A DNA stretch of 64,000 bases. Origin: Azolla caroliniana. Taxonomy: Eukaryota; Plantae; Polypodiophyta. The notes under the pieces are model-generated. The model ran no database searches and was not told the origin of the DNA. It saw nothing but the letters and a program-made list of their open reading frames with translations. Below, in pieces: positions 12,081 through 23,200 of this stretch; position 1 is the first letter of the stretch, and each line of letters begins with the position of its first letter. The position numbers were made by a program, and so were the translations under genes. Where the stretch lies: positions 8,308,001 through 8,372,000 of the forward strand of contig JBHGNT010000009.1 of the NCBI GenBank assembly GCA_043228905.1, given 5' to 3'.

Positions 12081-15000
12081 TGTAAAGAATAGCGTGCGGA
12101 AGCTTGTAGACAAACTGGCTCAGCTGGATTACAACAATAAAACAGAGAATGAAGGTTTAATGAAAGCTTAAGAACAGAGAATACATAGGAGAGACAGAGA
12201 GAGAAGATGGCATAAACTCAATTCAAAATAATAAGACTCGGTAAATACAAACTGCTTAGTGAGCACTTTTATACAAGTCCTTCTATGAACTGACAGAAGT
12301 ACTGACAAGTACTTCAAAGCTCATATGAGCGACTGACACTGACTCCCAAAAATATGCCTATGTACTAGGCTAGATTTGTGGGCCTCTAACGGCCAACTAG
12401 TTACAATCTTATCCGGCTCTCCGATACGGCTCCTGGTTCCAGATACCATCCGGACACCTACCCGGTTCTTCGTTCCGGATCTGGATCCAGTTGAGCTTGT
12501 CTGATTAACACTCCCCCTCAACTTGAGGTCGGATTGCAGTGTAAGTTTCTGTGGTCGTCGGTGCTCTCCTCCGGCTCCCCTGGCATCCTCCCGCCTTGCT
12601 TGCGCTCCTTGACCCGTCCGGTTCCGCTTTCCACGACCCGTTCGGTCCCGTGCACCTTGACCTTCTCGGTCGGCTTATCTACTCGTAAGGCCCTTCTCAG
12701 CTCCTTCGTTGTTGCGACTTTGGTGCTTCTCGACCCGTCAGCTCCTCCGTGTCAATGACTCCGATTTATTCCAGCTCTTGTCCGAATTGGTTGTCTCCAA
12801 CTCGTCCTCAATCTTCAGACCCTTCACGATATCGGACCATGTCCATGTCTTGGTCTTCGCCTCCCCCTTTTTCGGTTCGCTTCAGCTTGGGCTCTCCGTT
12901 CCGGTGGCTCCCCCTACGTCTGATCTCGGCTTCTTCAATTGTCCCATGCACTTCAACTTCTTCAGTCGAGCAAAAGTCGAAATCGGTTTCCGACTCAGCT
13001 CGGTCGTCTTTCTCATTCCTCCTTTCACTCCTCCCCCTCAAGTTTGGCATATTGAGGGATTGTACAACCAGCACACTGGAAAATTGCCACAACTTGTCTA
13101 AGCCGAGAGGTTTGGTGAACATATCGGCTACCTGACGATCCATCGGAACATGCAATAGTTCCACTTCACCGGAGAGGACGCACTCGCGGACAAAGTGGTA
13201 GTGCACCTCGATGTGTTGTGTGCGAGCGTGAAAGACGGGGTTCTTCGCCAACTAGATGCTGATGAGGTTGTCGCCATAGATCGTCGTCGGGTCAGACATC
13301 TCCACTCACAGATCCTTCAGAAGCCTCTTGAGCCATTTGGCTTCGCACGTTGCGACCGCCGCTCCTCAGAACTCGGCTTCCGGGCTCGACACTACAACTG
13401 TCAACTGCTTCTTACTCTTCCTCGTGACCGCGATGCTTCCAAGTGAAAACGCATATCCGAATGTAGACCTACAGTCGCCAACATTTTCGGCCCAATCGGC
13501 ATTCGTATAGCTGACAAGTTGTTTGGCTACACTAGCCCGATATAGCAACCCCTGGTCCTTATTGCCGCTAACATATCGCAGGATTCAATGCACGCACAGA
13601 AGGTGCTCCACGGTTGGGTGCGCCATAATTGACTAATCAATCCGGCTGGATAATAGAGGTTCGGCCGGGTGATGGTCAGATAGATAAGGCTTCCAACTAT
13701 CTATCGGGACCTTTTTGGGTCACATGTCGTTCCGGAGTCAGGGCAAAGTTTCACATTCCGGTCCAGAGGAGTCGAGACGGATTTTCTTTCCATCATACCG
13801 AATTTGAAGAGCATACTCAACACATAATGCCGCCGACTGATCAGTATGCCCTCTGGCATGCGGATCACTTCGATCCCGAGGAAGTAATGAAGGTCCCCAA
13901 GATCCTTCATGTCAAATGATGCCGCAAGCTAGGACTTTACACGGTCGATTTTGTCTAGGTCAGCGTCGGTGATGACTAAATCATCAACATCAAGTAAAAT
14001 ACTAATCGGCTCGTTCCGACCTTGCTGGATGAAAAGTGAAGAGTCCGATTTCGACGGAGCAAACCCCATTCGACGGAATCTCTGCGTGATCTTCGCATTC
14101 CAGGCACTCTGGGCTTGCTTGAATCAGCATACAGCCGATGTGTTCACTCCAGACTGAAATCTAGGGGGTGAACCATAAACACTTGTTCCTTAAGATCACC
14201 TTGCAGGAACGCATTTTCCACATCCATCTGATGTATATGCCACCCCTTCCCCACTGCCACCGCAAGCAAGACACGGACAATCGTCATCTTTGCGACCGTT
14301 GCAAATGTCTCATCGTAGTCGATGCAGTGTTGTTGTGCGTAGCCCTTTGCCACTAACCAAGCCTTGTACCGGTTAACGGAGCCGTCGGTGTTGTATTTAA
14401 CCTTGTATACCGACCGACAACCACTAAATCCCACGCTTCATTCTCCGTGAGTGCATGTATCTCTTCCTTCATAGCCTTCTACCAATTCGGGTCCTTAGTT
14501 GTTTTAGCGTAGCTCTACGGCTCACGCACGGTTGCCAGCTTCACCATGTACGCATAATGATGCGCCATGTACTCGTTGTACCCATACCTCTTCACAGGGA
14601 TTTTCTAGCGGGTCGATCGGCGCAATCCCTGATTTGCCAATTTCTTGGACCTCTTGGCCGACATAGACTTCTCTTCAGAAGGTCTGTCTTCGTTCTTCCT
14701 GGAGTCGTTGTCGCTCCAATCCGACCCGTCTTTGTCGGTGGCATATTTTGGCATCTTCTTCTTCCCCTTTTCCTTGCGTGTGAACCGCCTCCTCGATTCC
14801 TTACGCGGGCAGACCACAACCGAGTCTCCACTACTCACCGGCTCTTCATCTGATTGGTCATTCCGACTCAGTCGCTCATGTGGCCCACTTAGCCAGAATG
14901 AGATCGGACTCTCATCTACATCGTTTCACGCTCATTGGCCTCATCCTTCGGAGTCGAGAGAGAGTACCATGATGCCGACTCATCAAATTGGACATCTCAG

Positions 15001-17714
15001 CTCACTTGAACTTGTTTTGTTCGGGGGTTATAACACTTATAACCCTCGAACTTGTTTTGTTCGAGGGTTATAGCCGACAAGAATGCGCTTCTCCGACTTC
15101 AGGTCTAGCTTTCTGTGCTTCTCATCCGGCACATGCACGTAGGGATTGCTACCGAATATCTTAAGGTGCCTTAAATTCAGCTTCCGCCCGAAATACAGCT
15201 CGTGTGTGCTGACACCCTATCCCCGATCCGGTTTTGGATGTAGATGGTCCTCCGAACCGTTTCTGCCCACTAGAACTTGGGCATGCTCTCCAGCATTGCC
15301 CGTGTCGCCTCCACAATCGGCCGGTTCTTCCTTTCAGCCACACCGTTTTGTTCTAGTGTGTATCGATAGTTGAATTCCCCATGAATTCCTTTCTACTGCA
15401 GATAACTGTTGAATTGGCCGGAAAAGTATTCTTTTCCGCCATCCAACCGCATGTACTTGATCTTCCTCTCCGTTTCCCATTCGACAAGACTTTGCAGGTT
15501 CCGAAAACAGTCGAAGACTTCGCTTTTCTTCTCAATCAGGTAGATCCATGTGTGTCGGCTATAATCATGAATGAAGGAGACGAAATATCGGCGCCCACCA
15601 AGACTAACGTTCTGTTTCCGGTCCCCATACATCCGAATGTATTAGATCGAGCTTGTTACAGCTCTAGTTTCTTTCTATGGGGAACGGAAGCCAGTGTTTC
15701 ATCCCGAGTTGGCATGTGTCACATATTTAGGCCTTCCGGCCAGTGAATTTTGGCAAACCGAAAACTAACTGTTTCGATTGCAGGTCTTGAAGTCGTTGAT
15801 AGTTGACGTGGCCGATCCCGTTGCGCCACAGTTCGATATCCGATTCGACCTTCTATCCTTTTGCAAACAAAGCGATGCCAATGTCGTTAGTGTCGAGGAT
15901 GAACATCCTCCCATCCATGCGCCCTTGCACAATTAGTCGGCCTTCTTCCTCGATGAAGCACCCGAGTTGCGTAAATCGCACCTGCATCCCTAGTCAACGA
16001 TCTACCCGACCGACACCAAGTTCTTTGTGATTGTCGAAACATGTAGTATGTTCATCAACTTTCCCTTTTGTTCGACATGGCTTAAAGGGACTTCTTCGAC
16101 ATGCACAATCAGGTGAGGACTGTCGTCTCCGATTTCGACAACTCCCTATTGCTCCATCTTTTCCAAAAACAAGAACCACTCTTCATGGCTCGTCATGTGG
16201 TTTGATGCTTTGGAGTTAACGTACCACACTTCCTCCTATCCGCAAGTGGTCTTCTTCATCGAGTTCGCCTTCTGCTTCATCCTTCTGGCCCTTTTCCAAT
16301 CTTTCCAGTTTCGGATCCTTCTAATCCTTCTGCGTAGAGCGAGATTTTCCAACTCCCTTGTCTGATCTTGCTGGATCTGAATTTATCCAAATTGGCGTGC
16401 TTCTTCCAACACTCACTTCCACAGTACCAGCATTTCGTGTCGGTTTTCCCTTGCCAGTTTCCAACATCGCTTTGACTCCCCCTGCTAGTGGAGGGTCCGG
16501 AACTATTGTCGGGACTATCTTATTGCCTCCGGTTCTGCTCTTGTCGGCCACTTGCATTGCGTGTCAACCCACTTCATCCCCCACGCCCACGGGGCTGATT
16601 TGCCTCCGTGTATATAATCTGGTTGTCCAATTCAGCGGTGCTCTACCCACTCGCGTGGTTTTTGTTTACCATCAGCATCAATTGCAAGTCAAAGAAGGAC
16701 GGTGGTTTCTCTCGGGTGCAAATTGTCGTTCGGATTGGCCCATAATGTTGTGCTAGACCACCGAGGCAGATCTGGACCATCTTGTCCTCGTCAACCATCA
16801 CGTTGATGGAACCGAGCGCGTAGCAGATCTCCTTGATCTTGGTGGTGTAGTCAGTGACCAACATGTCCCGTTGTTGGATACTATTAAGCTCTTGCCGGAG
16901 CTGTAGCTTCCGATCCGTGGTACTTGCGGCAAAAATCTTTCAGAGATATTCCCAAGCCTCTTTCGGCATTTTTGCATCCCTGATGTAGCTGAGCATCTTG
17001 TCGTCCACAGGACTCTGCTCGCTCCTTGCTCCCATGTTGGGAAGTCTTTGTGAGCCGAATCCGATGCTGCTACATTTGCTCCTTCCACGTAGCTCCAGTA
17101 TCCATGTCCCATCAAGTACTGGTGCATTTTATACGACCAGGACGCATAGTTTCTCTCGTCACGCTTTTCCATAGGACGTGAGCTCGCCATACTTCTGTCC
17201 ATACCTTCTCTTTTCGGTCTGTTCTTTTACCGGTGATTAGGGTTTGTCCGTTTCGAGTAGTTGTCAACAACAGAGGTTCTCAACCCTTGCGCTCTGATAC
17301 CATGTAAAGAATAGCGTGTGGAAGCTTGTAGACAAACTAGCTCAACTGTATTACAACAATAAAACACAGAATGAAGGTTTAATGGAAGCTTAAGAATAGA
17401 GAATACATAGGAGAGACCGAGAGAGTAGAAGTCATAAACTCAATTCAAAATAATAATACTTTGTACATACAATGTGCTCAGTGAGCACTTTTATACAAGT
17501 TCTTAAACGGACTGACAGAAGTACTAACAAGTACTTCAATGTTCATATGAGCGACTGACACTTACTCCCAAAGATATGCCTACGTATGAGGCTACATTTG
17601 TAGGCCTCTAATAGCCTACTAGTTACAATCCAATCTGGCTCTTAGTTCCGAACACATACCCGGTTCTCCGTTCCGGATACCGATCCGGATCCGGTTGAGC
17701 TTGTCCGCTCAACA
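12081..17714 (-). mobile_element. Full-length decayed Ty1/Copia element I, nested in H
   Basis: LTRs 12081..12510 and 17303..17714 (TG...CA). TSD GTGTA on both sides. Met-tRNA PBS 17302..17291. PPT 12511..12520. Frameshifted gag-pol. Confidence 0.95.
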
Positions 17715-18812
17715 GTGTATATGGCTCAGCCCCCTGATTTCAGTCCGAAATGAACACGTCAGTTGTTTGCCAACTAAAGAAGTCCCTTTACGGACTTAAG
17801 CAAGCCCCGTGCGCCTGGAACGCGAAGATCACGCCGCGACTACATTGGACGGGGTTTGTTGTGAAATCGAACTCTTCACTCTTCATCCAGTAGGGTCGAA
17901 ATGGGCTAGTGAGCCTTTTGCTCTATATGGATGATCTTGTCATCGCTGGAGCTGACCTAGAAGAAATCGACCGCGTCAAGCCGAACTCGTGGTATCTTTC
18001 GAAATGAACAATCTCGAGAACTTTCATTACTTCCTCGGGATCAAAGTGATCCACAACCCGGAATGCATACTGATCAGTCAACGCCACATTTGTGCTTAGT
18101 ATGCTCTTCAAATTCGGTATGACGGAATGCAAGTCCGTCTCAACTCCTCTGGATAGAAACGTGAAGCTTCGCCCCGACTCCGGAACTTCATTCGACTCAA
18201 AACGGTTTCGACAGATCGTCGAAAGCCTTATATAGCTGACCATCACTCGGTCGGATCTCAACTATCCAGTCGGCTTGATCAGTCAATTCATGGAGCATCC
18301 AACTGTGGAGCACCTTCAATGCACGCATCGAATACTCCGATATGTTAGTGGCACTAAGGATAGGGGGTTGCTATATCAAACCAGTGTAGTCTGACAGCTT
18401 GTCGACTACACGGATGCCGATTGGGCCGGAAACGTCGGCGATCGAAGGTCCACTTCCGGATTTGTGTTTTCACTTGGAAGTGTCGTGATCGCTTGGAGCA
18501 GTAAGAAGCCATCGACAGTTGCTGTCATAACTAGACTCGAACCCATAACCTTTTGTTACACGGGTCGAGACTTTACCATTAGGTTATGAGTTGTAATTTG
18601 AAGGATATTATTTTCATTTAGGTTTTATTAGGAAATTGATGTATATTCCAGATTTCTCTGGAACATTCTAGAAACTTCAGGAGTATTCCTGAAGACACTA
18701 TAAAAGGAGGCGCAAGGCATTAGTTCGAACCAAATCGGTTCAACGCCAGTCTTAAGCCTTCTAACTACTGTTGTATATCTTCCGTCATATAATACATATA
18801 TCTTTCGTATCA

Positions 18813-18860
<48 letters not shown>

Positions 18861-18995
18861 ACTCATTCCTTCTCTCAAAGTTCGACACCTCTCATAGTAC
18901 TAATCCTTCTCTGTCTTAGTACTATTCCCCAACAATAGTACTAATCCTTCTTTTAGTACTAATTCCTTCTCTGCCTTAATAGAGTTCCTGACAGT

Positions 18996-19007
18996 TTGAA
19001 CCGATTT
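18996..19007 (+). promoter_or_regulatory. Self-priming PBS of Gypsy B
   Basis: TTGAACCGATTT is the exact reverse complement of AAATCGGTTCAA (18732..18743), which starts 33 nt after the TATAAAA at 18699. Confidence 0.85.
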
Positions 19008-19081
19008 CCCCTACTAGTCTCCCTCTTCCTTCTGTCTCTCTCCTTTCCTACTAGTCTCTTATTTCCCTTTTCCTTCATCCC

Positions 19082-20251
19082 ATGGCCACCGTTAGCGCTG
19101 AAGAGTATCAATCCGTTTTCTCGGAATTTCAATGCTTGAAAGAGAAGTTTCATGCTTTGGAACAAGAAAATCAACGCTTGTTGGGGGATCTTCAGCAAAT
19201 TTCCTTAGAAAAGCAGCAAACGCAACAACAGCATGGGGAACTTGCGTTACGCGTGCAACAACTCGAAGCAACCATCGTAGCAATGCAACAACAAGGGCAC
19301 GGAGCACAAGGGATTCATAAAGAACCCAAGATTGGCCTTCCCACGAAGTTCGATGGAACGCGATCGCAGTTTAGAGGGTTTCTTAACCAGGTACGGTTAG
19401 TTATTCAAATGCATCCGTCCCGATATCCCACCGATGCATCACGAGTGGGTTTAGTAGGCACGTTGTTAAATGGCTCAGCATTAGCATGGTTCGCTCCGCT
19501 ACTAGAAAAGGAATCTCCAGTACTAAATAATTTTGAAGAATTCATAAGTGAGTTTAAAGCATGTTTTGGAGATACTGACAGCATAAGGACTGCAATCAAC
19601 AAAATCCGGCGATTACGCCAAGGTGACCGTCCAGCCTCCGCATATGCTGCAGATTTCCGCCTACTCGCCGCCGATATCCCCTGGGATGATCAAGCATTGA
19701 TGGAGCAGTTCCGCTATGGTCTACGCAACGATGTCAAGGATTTACTCTTGACTTTCCCTGAAGAGCCAAAATCATTAACAGAAGCAATCAGTCGAGCGGT
19801 CAGATGTGACAACCGCCTCTTCGAGCGACGTTCGGAACGACAATTTCAGATGCCGAGGGCAAGATCCGAGCCTACCTATGCCTCAATGGTAGCGAAACCT
19901 TTTCCAAGGGAGTCACATAATGCGCCTCCAGTAAGTACTCCAACTCCAATGGAAATTGACACTACACGTCGTCGTGGGCCGCTATCAGAGGAGGAAAAGC
20001 AACGACGCCGAACAAACCGATTATGCCTTTATTGCGGTGGACCAGGGCATATCGCGATAAACTGTCCCCATAGACCAAGAAGGCAGGTAAACCAAGTCAT
20101 TGTTAGTTCTGACTATACTAAACCCGAGTCTATGTCAATAGGAATCTCTGATAATCCTCATAGTCATAATAGTCCTAATAGTACTAATAGTCCGAATCTC
20201 GCAAACAAATTTGATGTCCTTAGCCAATTAGAAGAAGAGTTAAACGACTAA
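19082..20251 (+). CDS. Gag of Gypsy B (389 aa)
   Basis: N-terminal coiled coil, capsid-like region (PTKFDG...LRQG), and zinc knuckle [14 protein letters not shown]. Confidence 0.95.
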   Translation: MATVSAEEYQSVFSEFQCLKEKFHALEQENQRLLGDLQQISLEKQQTQQQHGELALRVQQLEATIVAMQQQGHGAQGIHKEPKIGLPTKFDGTRSQFRGFLNQVRLVIQMHPSRYPTDASRVGLVGTLLNGSALAWFAPLLEKESPVLNNFEEFISEFKACFGDTDSIRTAINKIRRLRQGDRPASAYAADFRLLAADIPWDDQALMEQFRYGLRNDVKDLLLTFPEEPKSLTEAISRAVRCDNRLFERRSERQFQMPRARSEPTYASMVAKPFPRESHNAPPVSTPTPMEIDTTRRRGPLSEEEKQRRRTNRLCLYCGGPGHIAINCPHRPRRQVNQVIVSSDYTKPESMSIGISDNPHSHNSPNSTNSPNLANKFDVLSQLEEELND

Positions 20252-23200
20252 GTCCAGCCAAAATAGGAGCCGTTTGGTTGGACAGCCCTAGATCTGTGCA
20301 GCCCATTAGTGGTTCCATTCCCTCTAAGCAAGTTAGTGATGTGTTCGTAGTCCAAGTAGCAGTTAGTACTAAAAGTACCCCTCCAGTACATACCTTAGCC
20401 CTTCTAGATTCCGGAGCTAATTCTTGCTTCATGGATAGGAATTTTGCCCGAGCTCATCAGATATCTCTCAGAAAGCTCCCATGTCCAGCCTCAGTAGTAG
20501 TCATTGATGGTCGTCCCATTGCTTCTGGTAATATCATAGAAGAGTCGGAACCCGTTAATATTGTCCTAGATAACTTAACATGTGTAGTATCATTTAATAT
20601 TATTAGTATTCCAGAACATCCCATAGTTTTAGGATTACCATGGTTCGAGTTACATGACCCAGACATAGATTGGAGGACAAGGGAAATCCGGTCGCGACAA
20701 ACCCAAGGATCTACCCAGAAGGTTGCAACCATTTCGCTACGTCAGTTGCGTGAGGAAGGGCGCAAGGAGGAAATGTTTCTCTTTGCAATATCAGTACAAC
20801 CCTCCAGCACCACCAAAGAGGAGTCCACCGTTCAACTTCCCGAGAAGTATCGTCAGTATGCTGATGTGTTCGATAAAGTACAAGCCAACACACTTCCTCA
20901 TCATCGGCCGTACGACTGCGCCATCGACTTACAACCGGGAAAAGAGCCGCCATGGGGGCCGATCTACAATTTGTCACCAACCGAGCTAGAAGTCCTTCGA
21001 GCCTATATAGAGGAGAATTTGGAGAACGGTTTCATTCGGCATTCGAAATCTCCAGCCGGCGCACCCATTTTCTTCGTCAAGAAAAAAGATGGCTCACTTC
21101 GACTCGTTGTAGATTACCGTGGCTTGAATAAGGTCACAGTAAGAAATAGGTATGCTCTTCCCCTTATCTCAAGTCTTTTAGAACGGATCAACGGTGCCAG
21201 GTTCTTCACGAAGATCGACTTACGAGGAGCCTATAACCTCGTACGGATCCGACCAGGAGATGAATGGAAGACCGCGTTTCGCACCAGATATGGGCACTTC
21301 GAGTATACGGTCATGCCGTTTGGACTCACTAATGCGCCGGCAGTCTTCCAGCACATGGCGAATGATATATTTCGAGACCTCTTGGATGATTTTTTGATCA
21401 TCTATTTGGATGATCTACTGGTTTATTCAAAGACCCAAGAAGAACATGATTCTCATGTACTATTAGTACTAAAACGACTTCGAGAACATGGTCTGTATGC
21501 AAAGTTAGAGAAATGTAGTTTCGGGTGCAACCAAGTGGAGTTTCTCGGCTATGTCATCTCCTCAGAAGGCATATCTATGGACCCAGCCAAGGTCAAAACG
21601 GTGATAGAATGGCACACTCCGCGTTCGGTGCGGGATGTGCAATGCTTCCTAGGCTTTGCAAATTTCTACCGGAAGTTCATACAAAATTACTCAAAAATTG
21701 TGTTGCCTCTCACACAGCTCACCAGGAAGGGACAATCATTCATTTGGTCTAAAGAGACGGACATGGCTTTCGAGAGTCTTAAGAAGGCGTTTACATCAGC
21801 TCCAATTTTAGGTCATGTGGATCCGGAAAAACCATTCATTATCGAAGCTGATGCATCGGATTTCGCATTGGGGAGCATTCTGTCACAACAGGGTAACGAC
21901 GAGAAGCTACATCCTGTGGCTTTCCACTCCCGTAAGTTTGACGCCGCCGAAATCAACTACGAAATTCATGATAAAGAGCTATTAGCAATAGTTGATTCTT
22001 TTATGCAATGGAGGCATTTCCTGGAGGGATCTCCTCATCAGGTCACTGTATTCAGTGACCACAAGAACCTTGCCTACTTTCAAGATGCTCGTGTACTGAA
22101 TCGACGTCAAGCTCGGTGGGCCCATTTCCTCACACGCTTCGACTTCAAAATTACATATCGTCCGGGGAAGCACCAAGGGAAGGCAGATGCATTATCACGG
22201 CGTTCGTATCTAACACCACGTCCCGGTGAGCCAGCTTTCGATAACCAGAAGCAAGTAATCTTGGGTCCAGCACGACTGCAAGCAGCACAGATCTTTGACA
22301 TGCCCGTGGATTCCGACATTACCAATACTATACGTGAGGACTTGAAGACTGACGCTTTCGCCCAAGCTATACTAGCACAAATTGACCCCTCTCGAGCGTC
22401 ATGTTCACAATCACAATCACCAGGTACGGATTATCGGCAATTCAAATACTGTGATGGATTACTCTTCTTTAAAGAACTTTTGTATGTTCCTAATGGTTCT
22501 TGCCGCCTTCGAGTAGTACAAAACTGCCATGACACATATACAGCAGGACATTTTGGTAGTACTAAAACATTAGATTTAGTACAACGATCATTCTGGTGGC
22601 CCCGTATGCGACAATTTGTCGAAGATTTTGTTCGGACTTGCGATACTTGCTGCAGAGCGAAAATGCCAAGACATCATCCATATGGTTTATTAGAACCATT
22701 ACCAATTCCAAGCAAGCCATGGCAATCCATTGCTCTTGACTTCATTACAGATCTTCCAGTCTCTAAGGGATTCAGTGCGATTCTCACAGTGGTGGATCGA
22801 TATACGAAGATGGCTCATTTCTTACCATGTACTAAAGAAATATCTAGTGAAGACACCGCCGAAATTGTCATGTGGGAAGTATGTCGGCATCATGGACTCC
22901 CTGATAATATCATCAGCGATCGTGGACCCCAGTTTGTGTCAAAATTCTGGAAGCACCTTTTTAAAATGCTGAAGGTCACTTGTAACCTCTCCTCCGGCTA
23001 CCACCCACAAACCGACGGTCAAGCCGAACGAACAAATCAAACACTGGAGCAGTATCTGCGGTGCTTTCTCAACTATCATCAGAATGACTGGGCAGATATT
23101 CTTCCGTTCGCCGAATTTGCCTATAATAACGCTATCCACGCATCGACTAAAGTCATGCCATTCTACGCTTATACGGGATATCATCCCCGGTGGTGTGTCC

